Below, piece after piece: positions 1 through 12,823 of a stretch of DNA of 64,000 nt. The notes under the pieces were generated by a model. The model made no database searches, had not been told where the DNA came from, and saw only the letters and a program-made list of their open reading frames with translations. The position numbers were made by a program, and so were the translations under genes. The first letter of the stretch is position 1. Each line of letters starts with the position of its first letter. This DNA comes from Schmidtea polychroa (taxonomy: Eukaryota), in assembly GCA_044892525.1 (NCBI GenBank), contig CM097885.1:121892001-121956000 (forward strand), written 5' to 3'.

Positions 1-123
1 AAACAAATTTAAAAAATTAATGATTATGTTAAGCACTCAATATAAATTTTAAAATGAATAAGAAAAATATTAACGCCATAATTATGACTGTGCTATAACT
101 ATAATAAATAATAATAGTTAATT

Positions 124-174
124 TTTTTTTCGTGGAACCTTAAGATTCCGCAGAACACAGTTTGGAGACCACTG
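124..174. mobile_element. Terminal fragment of a hAT-type MITE
   Basis: CGTGGAACC...TTCCGCAGAACACAGTTTGGAGACCACTG resembles the reverse complement of a CAGTGGTTCTCAAAC hAT/MITE terminus. A related end, TTGAGAACCACTG, occurs at 1507-1519. Confidence 0.5.
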
Positions 175-407
175 GTCTATTGGATAAGTTTTGCTTTATG
201 GGTCCAAGATTTAAAATTTTAGAATTCTTCACTGTTGATCAGAAATTCAATATACTTAAAGATATTCGAAGAGAGTTGTGTTTATCAGATATGGTTCAGA
301 TTATAAATAATTTCTATAAGCCCAAGAAAGTTAAATCGACATTATGGAATGAAAAAGATTATGAGATAACGCCTGATGAAATGACAAAATGGCAAAACTT
401 GCAGTAA
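162..407 (+). CDS. Possible terminal exon of an unknown gene
   Basis: An 81-aa open frame of mixed composition in AT-rich DNA. Its start overlaps a MITE end and no family motif was recognised. Confidence 0.2.
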   Translation: METTGLLDKFCFMGPRFKILEFFTVDQKFNILKDIRRELCLSDMVQIINNFYKPKKVKSTLWNEKDYEITPDEMTKWQNLQ

Positions 408-631
408 AATATTTATCAATAGTGGGCACAAATTCAGATTCTGAAAGAGTTTTAATTTTAATAAATTAATTTATATAATTTTTTTCTTGACAAAAAATGA
501 ATGAAAAAATAAAGGAAATTAAAAAACTGTTAATGTTGAAAAAGTTAATGTTTTTAATGAATATCTATCAAGTAAAGATATATTTATTATCATATGCATC
601 AACACTAAAAAATAAAGTAAATTATAAAATT

Positions 632-3600
632 TTACTCGATAATCTTTTCACTTGAACCTCCTTGTCTATCATTCACCAACTCATCTTTGGTACTAATATT
701 GCTAGCTTTTGAATTCATTATTAATCGTTTTCTTTCTTTTTTTCGACTCTAAATGAAAAAGATCATAATTCAGTATTCATTTTTCGTAAATTTTTACTTG
801 CAAATAACCCCCATTTTCATCTAATAAATTTCGATCAGCCTGACCGACACCGAATCCAGAATTTCTGTCAATATCGCCAACTTTGGGAGATGGTTGTTGT
901 ATTTGAAGTGTTTCCGATGTTGTAACTGAAGAACCTAGTCCAGCAGTGCTCATTTTTTCTCTTTGTTCTCGTTTATTTTGTTTGCCTTGAGGACTTGAAG
1001 TAACTGCTTGTTGAGGTATTTGTTGATTTTGAATGGAGGAAGTCATTGCATTTTTAATTTGTTCTTCATATTCTTGTTTCGTTGATCTTTCAAAGAAATA
1101 TTAAAAATAAAATAGTTTAAACTATTTATAGAAATTAAATTATTAAAAACGCAAGAATCTATGAAGCGTCACTTTTGAATACCTAAACCTCTCAAGTAAT
1201 TTGGAAGTTAAGACTGATTAATTTTTTTTTGCATTTAAGATACATATCATCAAAAACCTCAATTAATTTTTTTATAAGATGATTCAATAAGAAAGCCGTT
1301 ACACAGATATATAAACATACAAATATAAAAGTGTTTTTATTGCCTGTTATTGTTGCGCGTGGAATTTTCTTTGCTTATAGGGCATTTTTTACGTTTACCA
1401 CAGATTTATAGTAATTTGTGATTGTTCACTCATTGTGGGCAAGTATTTTTTGTCAGTGTTCCGCGTAAAAAAATTATGTGAATGGTGTTCCGCGCTTTTA
1501 TATTAATTGAGAACCACTGGTGTAAACACTTATTTATATGAATAAATTACCAGTTTCATTTAAAAGTTTATTTAAATATTAATCTATAATCAAAAATGAT
1601 CAATAGCGAAGAGAATGAATAATTTCTGGTGAATATATATAGAATAATTATAAGTTTATAAATCCATACCGAAATAAATTTCTGAATGCTTCATAAACTC
1701 CTTCGATTTGGCGTATATTAACAATCTAAATAATGATTACTAGACTGTTAAAAATCAAATTAAATATTTGTTACGTCTAATTCAGATATTTCACCTTCAA
1801 CATACTTTCGAACTTGTTCTCTAATATCGAATTTTTGTTGATCACTTAAAGGTTCATAGGCGATGTGCCCCCGATTTCTCTAAATTATTTAAATTTATTA
1901 TTATAGTATTTATTAAAAAACTTGACTATAGTATAGATATCAAAAACATCGATATATTTACTGATTCATAGTCAAGTTTTTTTAATAAATACAATATCAA
2001 TTGAAAAGAAATCAATAATGAAAATTGAAAAAAGTTCTTATTATATATATGTAGATTATACGAACCCATGTACCTATATATGAAAATTTATCAATCAATT
2101 AGAGAAATCTCATGGCACAATATTGGAAACTAACTGAAATCTAGAAGATATGTGACAAATGAGCTAAAGGACCTAGCAATGTCAATGTTTGAATCTGTCA
2201 GGTATACAATTAATCAGAAAGCCCAAACTCAGACACCCAGTGCAAGGCATAATACTGCAAAAGCATAAAAAAGGTCAGTTTCATTTCAACTACCGAAAAA
2301 TGTAAAAATCGTTTCATTTCATACACTGATCTAGCAGGTCCATTACCCACTGATCGAAGATTTTTAAAACTCGTTGAGAATACTTTACTTTGTGTTTTAG
2401 ACATTTATCCGTAAGAACATGTCGATATTTTCGATATTAACGTATCACATATAAAATATTACCAGTGCATCGTGCATTGCTAACTCATGTTTGAGAGCTG
2501 AAATTTCTTTTTGTAAATTTCTGACCAGTACCTTAATTATTAAATAAAATTAGGTAATAATACAGTAAAGGTTACCAAGGGATCATATTCAATATTTTCA
2601 ATTGGTTCACTAGTTACTTTCATCATTCTCATAGCAAATCTCATTGTTGAAATCTTAAATAAATACAAAATAATGAAGTTATTAAAAGTTTAAGTTAGTC
2701 ATTTAGACAATTTTACATTTTTTTGTTTAATTTTAAAATGTAGGCAAATATTAAAGTTAGTTATATCAACGTTATTTGTCACTTATATTTTACGTGCATT
2801 GTCTTGGAAGGCCAAAATAGAATTTTTAACATTATTTAAAGTTTTTAGCCGATAATGTTAATGATTCTTTAGAATTTAGTAGTTCCTATCACGGATGGCA
2901 ACCATGGCAAAGTGAGCAACCATGGCAAAGTGAGCAAAGTAACAATACAAATATATTAAAATTATAATATAGTAAAATTTCAAATTTCAAAACTGTATAT
3001 ATCTGAATCTCCCAAATACTATACTAGTGAGAGAGATGTTTCTAAATTTTTGAAGGAAATTGCTTGTGAGAAACTAGCGAACGCTACATCGATATTTGCA
3101 TTTGCCTCAGCATATTGCATTTAAAATTAAATCAATTAAAATAATTCGATACAAACACGCATACTCTAAGTAGAAACGTTAAAAGTGTGGTTTGACAAAG
3201 AAGCTAACACTAATTTTCCTTAAGTTATATATTTTTAATAAAAACATCTTCAAATAGATGTAATTTCTTAAATAAAAAATATAAACATATTATTCAAGGG
3301 AGTACGACCACTTAAAAGGCAGTGAACCATTTGACTATGATATATGATTATATATTTCTTTTATATGCTAGTTGTTAATGAAATTACACGTGTGTTTGAT
3401 ATAAATAAATTGAAAATAAATATTATTTGTGCAAAGAACTAAAATGAAGTTTATCCTAAAATGACAAGTTTACTTGAAGACTTGATTTCTAAATTATGGC
3501 GATAGGTTTTAAAGTTTTACGAAATAGCGAAGACTAAGAGAAGAAAGATAGTATAAGTCGAGAAATTTACGTCAAATTTTCAAGTCAAAATAGCCACTTC

Positions 3601-6600
3601 GACTTATACGCGGGTCAAAAAACGTACAAATTAATTTTTAATGAAATCATTAAACCTTTTTTTATTTTTGTTACTTCGACTTATACGCGGGTTTCCAATT
3701 TGAGACTTAAAAACCTCTTAAAAATTACTCGACTTATACGCGAGTATATACGGTATGGAAAATTGATTTATCCAAAGAACTAAGATATTTGGCTGCACAT
3801 AAACATTTAACTACACTAAAAATGTATTAAATCAATAAAAGCATTTTTAAAATTTTTTTTTTAATTAAAACTTGTAAATTAGACATTAATAATTTCAAAG
3901 TTTTTTAATTTAAAACATTTAATTCTAGTGACTCTATTGGGATCAGGAATACTAACTTTTTTATGTACCATAACATCAAATTCAAAAATAATGATGAACT
4001 AACGCTCAGTTTATAAAAAACAATGTAAATCAAACCAAATAGTTAAAACAAAAATAAAATTTCAATCATCAAAAATCGCAATATTAACTACTAAAATTTG
4101 TAATATACGCTAATATAAAAAAGTTCGGTATCTTTTACCTAATCAAGATCATAAACAGTCCTTTACGATTTAAATGTATTTTTACTGTTAATATACATGC
4201 GATCATACTTTATTTTTCTGGAATATGTTAATTTCATTAAATATTCGGAATACATTAAGATTTAACGAACTTGTTAGACGCAGTTAAATTCAAATCTTCT
4301 TCAAATATTTATTTATAAATTACAATTTTAAATTCTCTCGGATTTTCTGAAAATTTTAACAACTGTGGCGTGGTAATTATTAATATTGAATCAAACTATC
4401 GGTCATAAATATAATTAATTAATTTAAAACAATTTAATATAATTTGACATAAAAATTATCAATTTAATATATAAATTTTAATAAACAAATTAAACACAAA
4501 TAGTTATTTCAACTAAGTTTTGGAATTCCTTAAAGAACTATTAAAAATTAAACAAAAAAATGTTTTTATTATTCAAATAAATAATTTAAAATATAAATAA
4601 TTTGTAAAAAGTCAAAAAAAAACTGAAAATATAATGAAAATTTAAAAAAAACAATGAAATTGAAGAAATAGAAAATATTCTGAAACTCCGAGCAAATACC
4701 CCGAGTTGACCAAGTGTCCTGTAATCACATCCAAAAGTATTATTGGAGAAATAAAACTCCTTAATAAATATCATTTACAATCCCGCCGTAAAAAAATATT
4801 TTGGTAGTAAAAAAGAAAAAACTTTGAAAACAACTAAGTTAATGTATAATAAAATAAAATTCGAATCTTGATTTTTATTTTCATATCGAAATAGAAGATT
4901 GTCAACAATGGGTAATTGAAATAAAGATTATCAAAAAAAAATTTTTTTGTTTCCGTGTCGATGTAAAATGAATGTCGGATGATGTGATATTGAAAATATA
5001 TTATTAAGATTTTTTATTGGTATCTTTCTTAAGTTCATGAATTACAGTATAAAAATGTTAAGGTTATGAGTCTACAAGTCATGGTTTGAACTACAATTGT
5101 ATTTATGATGGGCTTCGTTCTTCCTTTTCAGAAACGTAATGTTCTTAACTTACAAAATTCAAATCTGTATATAGATTATACTCCTCATAAATGTCTTTCG
5201 TTCGAAGTTCGGTTGAGTAAGTCGCTTGATTTTAATGGTATTATATACTGGTATGATTATATATCCAATGGTTCAGACTACACTGTTAAAGGATGTTGAG
5301 CTTACGTGCTTTCAACCAAGTACTGATTTCGTATTATATATATCTATATAATCTTCATAATATTTTTTAAAATCGAAAATTTAGAATATTATAAATATTG
5401 AATTAAAAATTGCATACTGTTTCCTCTACGTGCTCCAAATCAGCCCAGACGTTTGCAATTAAGATAGTTTTACAATTTCCTCCAATTGAATCTTTCAAGA
5501 AATGGGTAAGTTTACTTTGCCGGAAAGGGATATGTTCTCTTTGCTTATCCGAAAGGGCAATAACAGTTTGTTCCAGAAATGATAATGATTTATTAATATA
5601 ACTTGCCTCTTGGAGTGTTTTCCCGGTAGACTAAATAAATATAAAGCAGAAAAAATAATACACTACGTAAATCTTTCAAATTTCAGAATTATTTTATTAG
5701 AAAGCAATAAGCTGCTTTTTTATTCATGTATTAATAGAATATTTACAAAAATATATACTTAATAAATACAGTTTTTTAAATATCATATTTCAAGTATATT
5801 ATTTGATAAAAATTAGCATGTATTCAGTTATTAGGCCAGAAACCTATAGAAGTTTTAATTGAAACGCATTCTTTATTAATTCGTTATCATGAATTGGTAA
5901 TCGTCAAGCTTCAAGTGAATTGATTATGTACCAAAGAAAGGTACACTATAAGATCATGATATTTAAGATATTCAACCCATTAGAGCTATTAGATGGGTTT
6001 TATTAAGGTGACCAGACGTCCCGCTTTTGGCGAGACAGTCGCGATTTTTCACGATTTATCCCGCGTCCCGTAACGTTTTTCAAAAGTCCCGACTTTTAGA
6101 ATTAAGTTAAATTTTATATTTATGAAAATCATTGTTTTGAATTCTAAGAATCCTACGGACTACTAAGACTAACATATTGCTTTTTCTTATCCAGTTACAT
6201 TGTATTTGTTTCTCAGATGATACACTTCGTGTTCGTACTGCGTACTAGGAAGCTAATTAAACAAATAAATATTACAAATCTGCTACTTACCATAGAAAAT
6301 TAAGGTAAGTAATTTATTTATTTTATTTATAAACTTTGAAAGCCATTTTAAGTGTCAAATATAATTTGACAGATTCTTGTGAAGATTTTTACAATATTTT
6401 AAAAAATGACAACAATCTACTGAAACAAATTCGCTCAAATAGAAAATATGTCAGGGAATAAAATATTATACAATTTTTAATATTTATAAATTGTACTTAT
6501 GTTAAAAATCAAAAAATATTACCATATTATTTTTATTCTAAATGAAAATTTTTGTTGATACCCCCCTGCTTTTATATTACTTTTATGTTTATTTGCCCAT

Positions 6601-9600
6601 CTAAAAATCTGGTCACCTTAGTTTTATGTATATTAAATCTTTGAGTCAACTGAAATAACGAAACTATTAATAAGAAAAAATAGTACATAATTCTAATGGA
6701 CATATAAAAAACAACAGTTGAAAATTTGATAGTTGATAGAGTGAAAAATAAAAATCCAAAGCTTTTGTATCAAAGTTCACATATCAGTGGGAGAAGACTA
6801 TCCTAGGAATTTGTAGTGCCTTGGATCACACGCATTGGTGGTTTTGTTATGAATGCGACTATTTTTAGGAAAGAAACAAGACCAATAAATCTGGGAAATG
6901 AAATATTGTTGTCTGGAATATACTTTCTAGGACAAGGATTATTATTTCATCAAGATAAAAATCCTAAACATATACTTGTTTTGCATACCTACTGCCTCAA
7001 TTCCAACCTTATTGTGTTATTATAGAACGAGCTTAATAGAAATAAAAGAAAACTGTGCATAACTGATAGTAAACCGAATTTGTGAAAACATTAGAAAATT
7101 AATAGAATGTCTACAATATAAGAGACGTTATAAAAAACCTGTGGACACATTTAAATATTCAATGACTGCTGTTTAAATTTACAAAATGTTCTTTTCTATA
7201 TTTCTTTGCTTTATACCCTTAGAAACTGTGAAACAGAAGTTCAAATTTTTATTTCCTATTCAACAAATATTTTAATTTATTGAGTGTGCTGAGATGGAAA
7301 TGTTCTATAATAAATATGTAGATAATTATAAAATTTTAAACATTTATTGGTGAATTTTAAAATTAAATTTCAAAATTTCAAATCTTATTTTTAAGAAAAT
7401 TAATTTCAATTTAAATATGCATGCTTATTCACAGTGATAAACTACCGGTGAACTTACTCATAAATCAAAGAATTTAAACAAAATAATAAAATTGAAAATT
7501 CTAAAATTTATTATTAACATATTTATAATTATATAAATTAATTATGTATAAAGTACTTGAGTTTTCTGGAGTCTTTCCGATCCCGCTAAGTCTACAAATT
7601 GTAATTTGGCGACAGAAAAATTGGCTTGAGATTGCATTCTTGATCGTGACTCTAAATATACCGTGAAAACACAGTGAGACCTTGAAGAACGTTTATTCAA
7701 TATATGGGCTGATGTAGTTCGATTTGACTCTCCCTAAAAACATCTTGTAAATTATATATTTCTAGCTGTTGTACAGAAATATTAAAAGAGGTAAACGATA
7801 CCGTAAGAAGGTTGAGATGTTTTTAAATTTAACAAGCAATAAGTTTCTCATGCAGTTTGATGGCGTCAATGTGATTTGACGGTATTGGCCTAAAAATGCA
7901 ACGATTTCATCCTAAATATAAATGATGCCGAGAGAATCATGAAGACATTCTAATTGCAATACTAGGAACAATTAGCTTACATCAACATGATATAGTCAAC
8001 AATCAAAAATACATTTGCAGAAATATTAGGTTATTCATTGGCTCGCTCAAAGTCCTAACCCAAGAACCGAAAGGTTTTTTTTATCAAAATTTGCCACAGA
8101 ATCGAAATAATATAGACCAACTGTCGCCAACCGTGATCCACGATAAACTTCTGGTGGTCCGCGGAGAAATTTAGACATTTTTTTCCCAAAAATACTAGTT
8201 CTTTTAGGAATGTTTTTTCCGGTATTAATTATTAATTGAATTTAACCAATAGTAATCAAGAATCCATAAACATATTTCAAACAAGCAGCAACAAATAGCA
8301 CATTATTTAATTATAATTAAACAAGTTACTATTTTGTAATAAAAATATTACTTTTATGTTTATTATCTTTATGAGATGTTTGCACTTTTTTTAAATAAAA
8401 TAAAGTACTAGCCCATGGGATTCATTATTGTAACTAGGGATCAGTAAGGTTTGAAAAGTTGGCGACCACTGACATAAACCAGGGTCTTTGTAAATTACTT
8501 TAACAGAGTGATTTGATTTTATGATTGTTTTAGTATTTTGTGAATTTCGAAGAATTCAATATGAATATTGAAGATGTATTATTAATTGAATATAAGAAGT
8601 ACTTGAAATAAATAACTTGTTCAATAACAATTGGTCAAAGAAATTCAGTGATTATTGATGCCAAGATTTAAGATGAATTTCGATAAAGAAATGAATAATT
8701 TGTCGATAGCTGAATTAATTTACCCTAAATACCCTATAGCCCCGGCAGGTAATAGAAAAAATTTCGAGGGGGGGGGGGGGGGGGGGTACACTGAATGAGT
8801 GTGCTGCCGGGGGCTACTAGCTACCTACTAATACCAAATTAAAAACATTTATGTAAATCGGAAAAAAAAGTTTAAAAATCAATTACAAATAAAATATTTA
8901 AATGTACTTCAAATAGAAAATTTAAAGCTTCTTCTTCAGTTTGTGCTAGGTGACAGCCTAATCCTTTAACCCAAGTTGATCCTTTTTCATCTTCAACAAT
9001 AGTCAAATTTGATTCCGCTTCTGGATTAAAGTTTGCTAATAAATCATAGACTACTTCATTATAAATTTCCACGTAAGATATTCTAAAAGTAATAAAAGTT
9101 GTTTTTAAAAATTTTAATTGATTTGAATGGAACAAATTTAAAAAATTTTGTTTTAATAGCGTTAAGATGCAAAATAATATTTATATTTAATAAAGAGATT
9201 ATATAAAAAGATCTTTCACATAATTCATAAAATCCAATTTTTAATCGTACAGTTGTTTTGTTTAAATTACTTTATCAGCGTCATTAGAAAAATTTATTGA
9301 GAAAAGAATGTCAAAGAATTCATGTCCGACAAAACATTAGATGGAAGCGTCGTGCATGCTATAGGCATATTTTAGGTTTAGCTCTAGCTTAGCTCTAGCA
9401 GTTGTTTTATATAGAAGAGGCGCTCCTGAACACTTCGCCAATGCTTCAGAATAGTGATGCTTCGTCAGTACCGGCAGCAGGAGTACATTCGTATTTATGC
9501 GATTATTAAACCATCATGCTTAAGAAATACAAGTGTATTGTCGGTTCACACTCGGACAACAGGTATTTCTCAAAATGTCGGTAGCAAAGTGTACGACTAA

Positions 9601-9747
9601 ATTGGGCATGGGAGTCAGTGCCAGCTTTAAGTATAGGCGACATAGGCACCTAAAGCGCCATTATTTCAAGGGGCGGCAAAATCATGAAGAATTAAAATTT
9701 AAAATTATTTTTTGTGCTTTGTGCTACTAATATCACTTTTTAAATAG

Positions 9748-9792
<45 letters not shown>

Positions 9793-11456
9793 CGACGCTC
9801 TGATATGGGTCACCCGATTTTCAAAAAAATATTTAATTAAAATTAAATTAAAATGAAACTATTATAATACTAACAACATAACCAAATTACAACTATATTT
9901 ATATACATACAAACAAAATTAGATTGCCGTTTATTTAGGAGGATAGTATCTACTAATTAATCCCCAATAGATTGGAAGAATATTAGTATTTTCGTAATCC
10001 TAATTTAATTATAATTAAATATTTTTTTGAAAATCGGGTGACCCATNNNNNNNNNNNNNNNNNNNNNNNNNNNNNNNNNNNNNNNNNNNNNNNNNNNNNN
10101 NNNNNNNNNNNNNNNNNNNNNNNNNNNNNNNNNNNNNNNNNNNNNNNNNNNNNNNNNNNNNNNNNNNNNNNNNNNNNNNNNNNATTGTGGCAAAATTGTG
10201 GTAACTGATTACCCAAGCTGATTACCCGCCGAGAGCGGCATTATTTAAAAACTGTCTAAGACCGACACTGATGGGAATGGTCATAAAGTTCATATCCGCA
10301 ACAAAGGTAGACGTTGTAGGTGTTCCGAGACACATTGCGGATCTCAGGTCAGGTGAAGGGATCGATGGAGAACAAAAGTTGAACAAGAAAGAAGATAAAA
10401 AGGAATCACCCAATGGTATATGACCCAATCCGATGTAGAGGAAGATGAAAGTAATGAGTTGTCAAATCAATCTAACAGAATAGTTGTCGACGGGTCAAAA
10501 GAAGAGGTTCATATAGTAAATTCGACGCACATCAGGGCACGTCGACTACTGGGCTATCTACAAGATTTTATTATTGATTGTGACGATTAAGGGACGTTGT
10601 GATAAATTAAATTTAGTCAAAATTTGTTTTAATAATCAGAATTGACAGTAAAATAGATCTTTAAATTGTATATTTTATTTTCTATTATTAAGACAAAATA
10701 CACATTAAACTTTTTTAACTATCTCTAATTCATTATTTTATATTAATTTTAATTAAAAATTCTAGGAAACCATTTTCTGGAGACTAAATATTTTAAAAAA
10801 ACATAATCATAATTTCAATTGATTATTATTATTAATTTTTTATGTTATCGACAATTAATTAATATTTATAATTTAATCGTTTCTCTATCAAAAATCCAGT
10901 TATAACAGTTATAAATTGGATTGCTATTAGAAAGAAATGGTATTATTTCATCACCTGACAGATATGGAATAGTTTAAGTCCTCTTCGATTCGTCGATATA
11001 AGTTTGAAAGAGCTCTAGGAATCAAACCTCTGTTGTTGAAATTTTCAGTGGCTCCAGTCATTGTAAAAGTTTTCCCTGCACCTGTCTGCCCATAGCACAT
11101 AATAGTACCTTCAAGAAAATAATAGGAATATCTAAAATTAAAGATTATTTTCTACTGTTAAATCCACTTAATGAAGATTCAACTAATTCTGTCCCAATTT
11201 TATCAAATAAATTCTCTTGTGACACATTATGGAAAACTCCATCAAATGGAAATGACCAATTCGAAATTTGGTTATTGACAACAAAAGACTTTTCTTCTTT
11301 TGGTACATGAATATGAATAGTCTAATAATTTTTCATTGTAATATATATTTTAAATAAAATTGCAACCTTTTTATCTTCTTGAATTTTGAGAAAATCATAT
11401 GAAAACTTTTGGCTTGGTCTTGTTCTTAAAAACACTTGAACTTTATTTTTGCGCAT
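632..11456 (-). CDS. KIF9: Kinesin-9 family motor KIF9, 12 exons, about 562 aa as modelled
   Basis: Exons (minus): 11456-11367, 11321-11156, 11108-10955, 9082-8908, 7733-7557, 5630-5418, 2653-2576, 2531-2463, 1879-1775, 1725-1670, 1086-798, 748-632, all GT-AG and phase-compatible. Motifs: GQTGAGKT P-loop, SSRSH, DLAGSE, HIPFRQSKLT. KIF9-like segments: VVNNQISNWSF, MTGATENF, YINKSLSFLEQ, ELAMHDAL, IRQIEGVYEAFR. The last exon is the least certain. Confidence 0.92.
1906..2040. repeat. Foldback (palindromic) MITE-like repeat, with relatives at about 38640-38700, 41597-41640, 44690-44795 and 52780-52830
   Basis: 24-bp near-perfect inverted repeat GTATTTATTAAAAAACTTGACTAT at 1906-1929 and 1968-1992. 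The same blocks (TTCACCACTGATT, GAATCAGTAAATATAT) recur at the other sites. Confidence 0.75.
2899..2937. repeat. 18-bp tandem duplication in a KIF9 intron
   Basis: CAACCATGGCAAAGTGAG twice, followed by CAA. Confidence 0.85.
3551..3755. mobile_element. Truncated Tc1/mariner-superfamily (Tc2/pogo-like) non-autonomous element
   Basis: Right end CTCGACTTATACGCGAGTATATACGG-TA; three internal CGACTTATACGCG repeats; inverted GTATAAGTCGAG at 3551. Confidence 0.6.
6004..6620 (+). mobile_element. Internally deleted hAT (Blackjack-like) element
   Basis: 13-bp TIRs TAAGGTGACCAGA / TCTGGTCACCTTA flanked by the direct repeat GTTTTAT. Residual transposase C-terminus TLKAILSVKYNLTDSCEDFYNILKNDNNLLKQIRSNRKY at about 6333-6460. 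Confidence 0.8.
6760..7170 (+). mobile_element. Degenerate Tc1-like transposase remnant
   Basis: LFHQDKNPKH matches the Tc1 FQQDNDPKH motif; the surrounding frames are broken by stops. Confidence 0.6.
8118..8471. mobile_element. hAT-type MITE
   Basis: Imperfect 14-bp TIRs (CAACTGTCGCCAAC / GTTGGCGACCACTG); 8-bp flanks ATATAGAC and ACATAAAC (6/8 identical). Confidence 0.65.
9805..10046. mobile_element. MITE-like element with perfect 35-bp inverted repeats, next to a (TA)n tract and an assembly gap
   Basis: ATGGGTCACCCGATTTTCAAAAAAATATTTAATTA at 9805-9839 and its exact reverse complement at 10012-10046. Confidence 0.65.
10184..10610 (+). mobile_element. 3' remnant of a Ty3/Gypsy element (integrase tail)
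   Basis: Broken frames give VDVVGVPRHIADLR and HIRARRLLGYLQDF, typical Gypsy integrase-tail motifs. They are followed by a purine-rich AAGGGACG and TGTGATA. Confidence 0.5.
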
Positions 11457-11899
11457 AATTATTTATTAACAAAATTTCCAAAGAATAAATATTAAAATTG
11501 GTATAGGCTAGAAAAATCAAGACCAGAAGAAATAAGGGTTAAAATTGAGTTAATAAAATAATTTTTAAATTATTTTAAAATATGTTGTTATAACAATAGG
11601 TAGACAAACAAATCGATTGAAAATTATAATAATTAAAAATTTTATTCACATTGAATTGTAATTTTAACCAGTAAAATGGTATTAATTTTTTTTATAAAAT
11701 ATGAATAATTACAATAAAGTTATTTCCCAAATTATATTTAACCATAAAACTAGAAAAATTATTAATTTCTCTTGTTGGGCCAAAATAGGGCCAATGCATC
11801 ACGAAACCAAGTCGAATGACAGATTAACACTTGGATTGTAATCTTGGTTAGAAACTGTATGCAAGTGGGTCTCGCTGCAAAATCATATGGTCTTCCGAA

Positions 11900-12345
11900 A
11901 ATTCATGAAATTAGATTATTGAGATAACATTTGAAAATGGTCATGTTCACTTCCGATGGAGCGTTAGTTATGCTCGGCAAGCGAAATGGGGTTGCTGTTT
12001 TTCTCCAGTCTGAAGTCTATCATTTATCAAAGCAGCACTGTGTTGCACATTGAAAAGACTTAGGCATAGACGATTTCTATTAAAAAATGACATTGAATTA
12101 TTACTTTGAACAATTTATACAATTGCGAAAAAGTCTGAATTCCAAGAATAAGCTTATGTAGCCGACCACGATATTATCTCGTTCAGGTCGCTGAATGAAG
12201 TTCGATGGGTGTCGTGGCATTTTGCAGTGAAATCTTTGGTTCGTAATTATTCGGCTTTAATTGAATATTTTACAAAACATGTGGAGGTTTGATAACAATC
12301 CGATATCCAGCTTTTGCCTGAAGAAGCTGAGAGATCATTAAGTTT
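11900..12345 (+). pseudogene. Degenerate hAT transposase (ZNF862-like) fragment
   Basis: MFTSDGALVMLGKRNGVA, QHCVAH, NEVRWVSWHFAVKSL and NPISSFCLKKL, with stops and frameshifts; cut off on the right by LTR-like copy A. Confidence 0.75.
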
Positions 12346-12369
12346 ATGGAGATTGGTATTGGATATATT

Positions 12370-12823
12370 GATCGGAGCCAAGATGGGATCCGATGGACCA
12401 CTTGTCATAGGCCTAGAGCCTGAGAGATCTGGGGCGAGAATGGGTGGCAATTGTAAGCTATGCCCTTTACAACTGGTTGTCGATGATGTTTCAGACGACT
12501 GATGGTGTATTGGGAACACATTAATCCCGTCTTGTATGGAGTATTCGCGAACTCGCTTCGCTATCTCCGATTCCGAATATACTTTGTGGAGGGCCTCTGA
12601 TTGGGCTTTTATGGTTAGCCTCTGGCACCTACTTTCTTCCAGGAGACTGTCGCGGCAGTGCTCCAATCGCAGAATTTTGCTCTTCTCCTCCTTCATTTGT
12701 GGCGGGGAGAACCACGTTCCTTCATATAGGTTGATGCGCTTCTTTAATTCCCCGATGTAAAGATGAAGCTGCGCAGGAGAAACACGGGCGGAGGTTTTTG
12801 CCAGAATTGGTCGAAGTAGCCAT
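12370..12823 (-). pseudogene. Frameshifted, truncated copy of the LTR-borne orphan ORF
   Basis: ATG at 12823 after TTTAG. A 23-nt deletion relative to copy B shifts the frame. The downstream 78-aa core is 74/78 identical to the 26802-27563 product. Confidence 0.8.

Noticed and set aside
5105-5299. Nested gene in a KIF9 intron
   Set aside because: A 64-aa frame with no recognisable motif or supporting exon structure.
9983-10216. ORFs spanning N runs (also 47307-47603 and 56280-56903)
   Set aside because: They are open only because N codons contain no stops.
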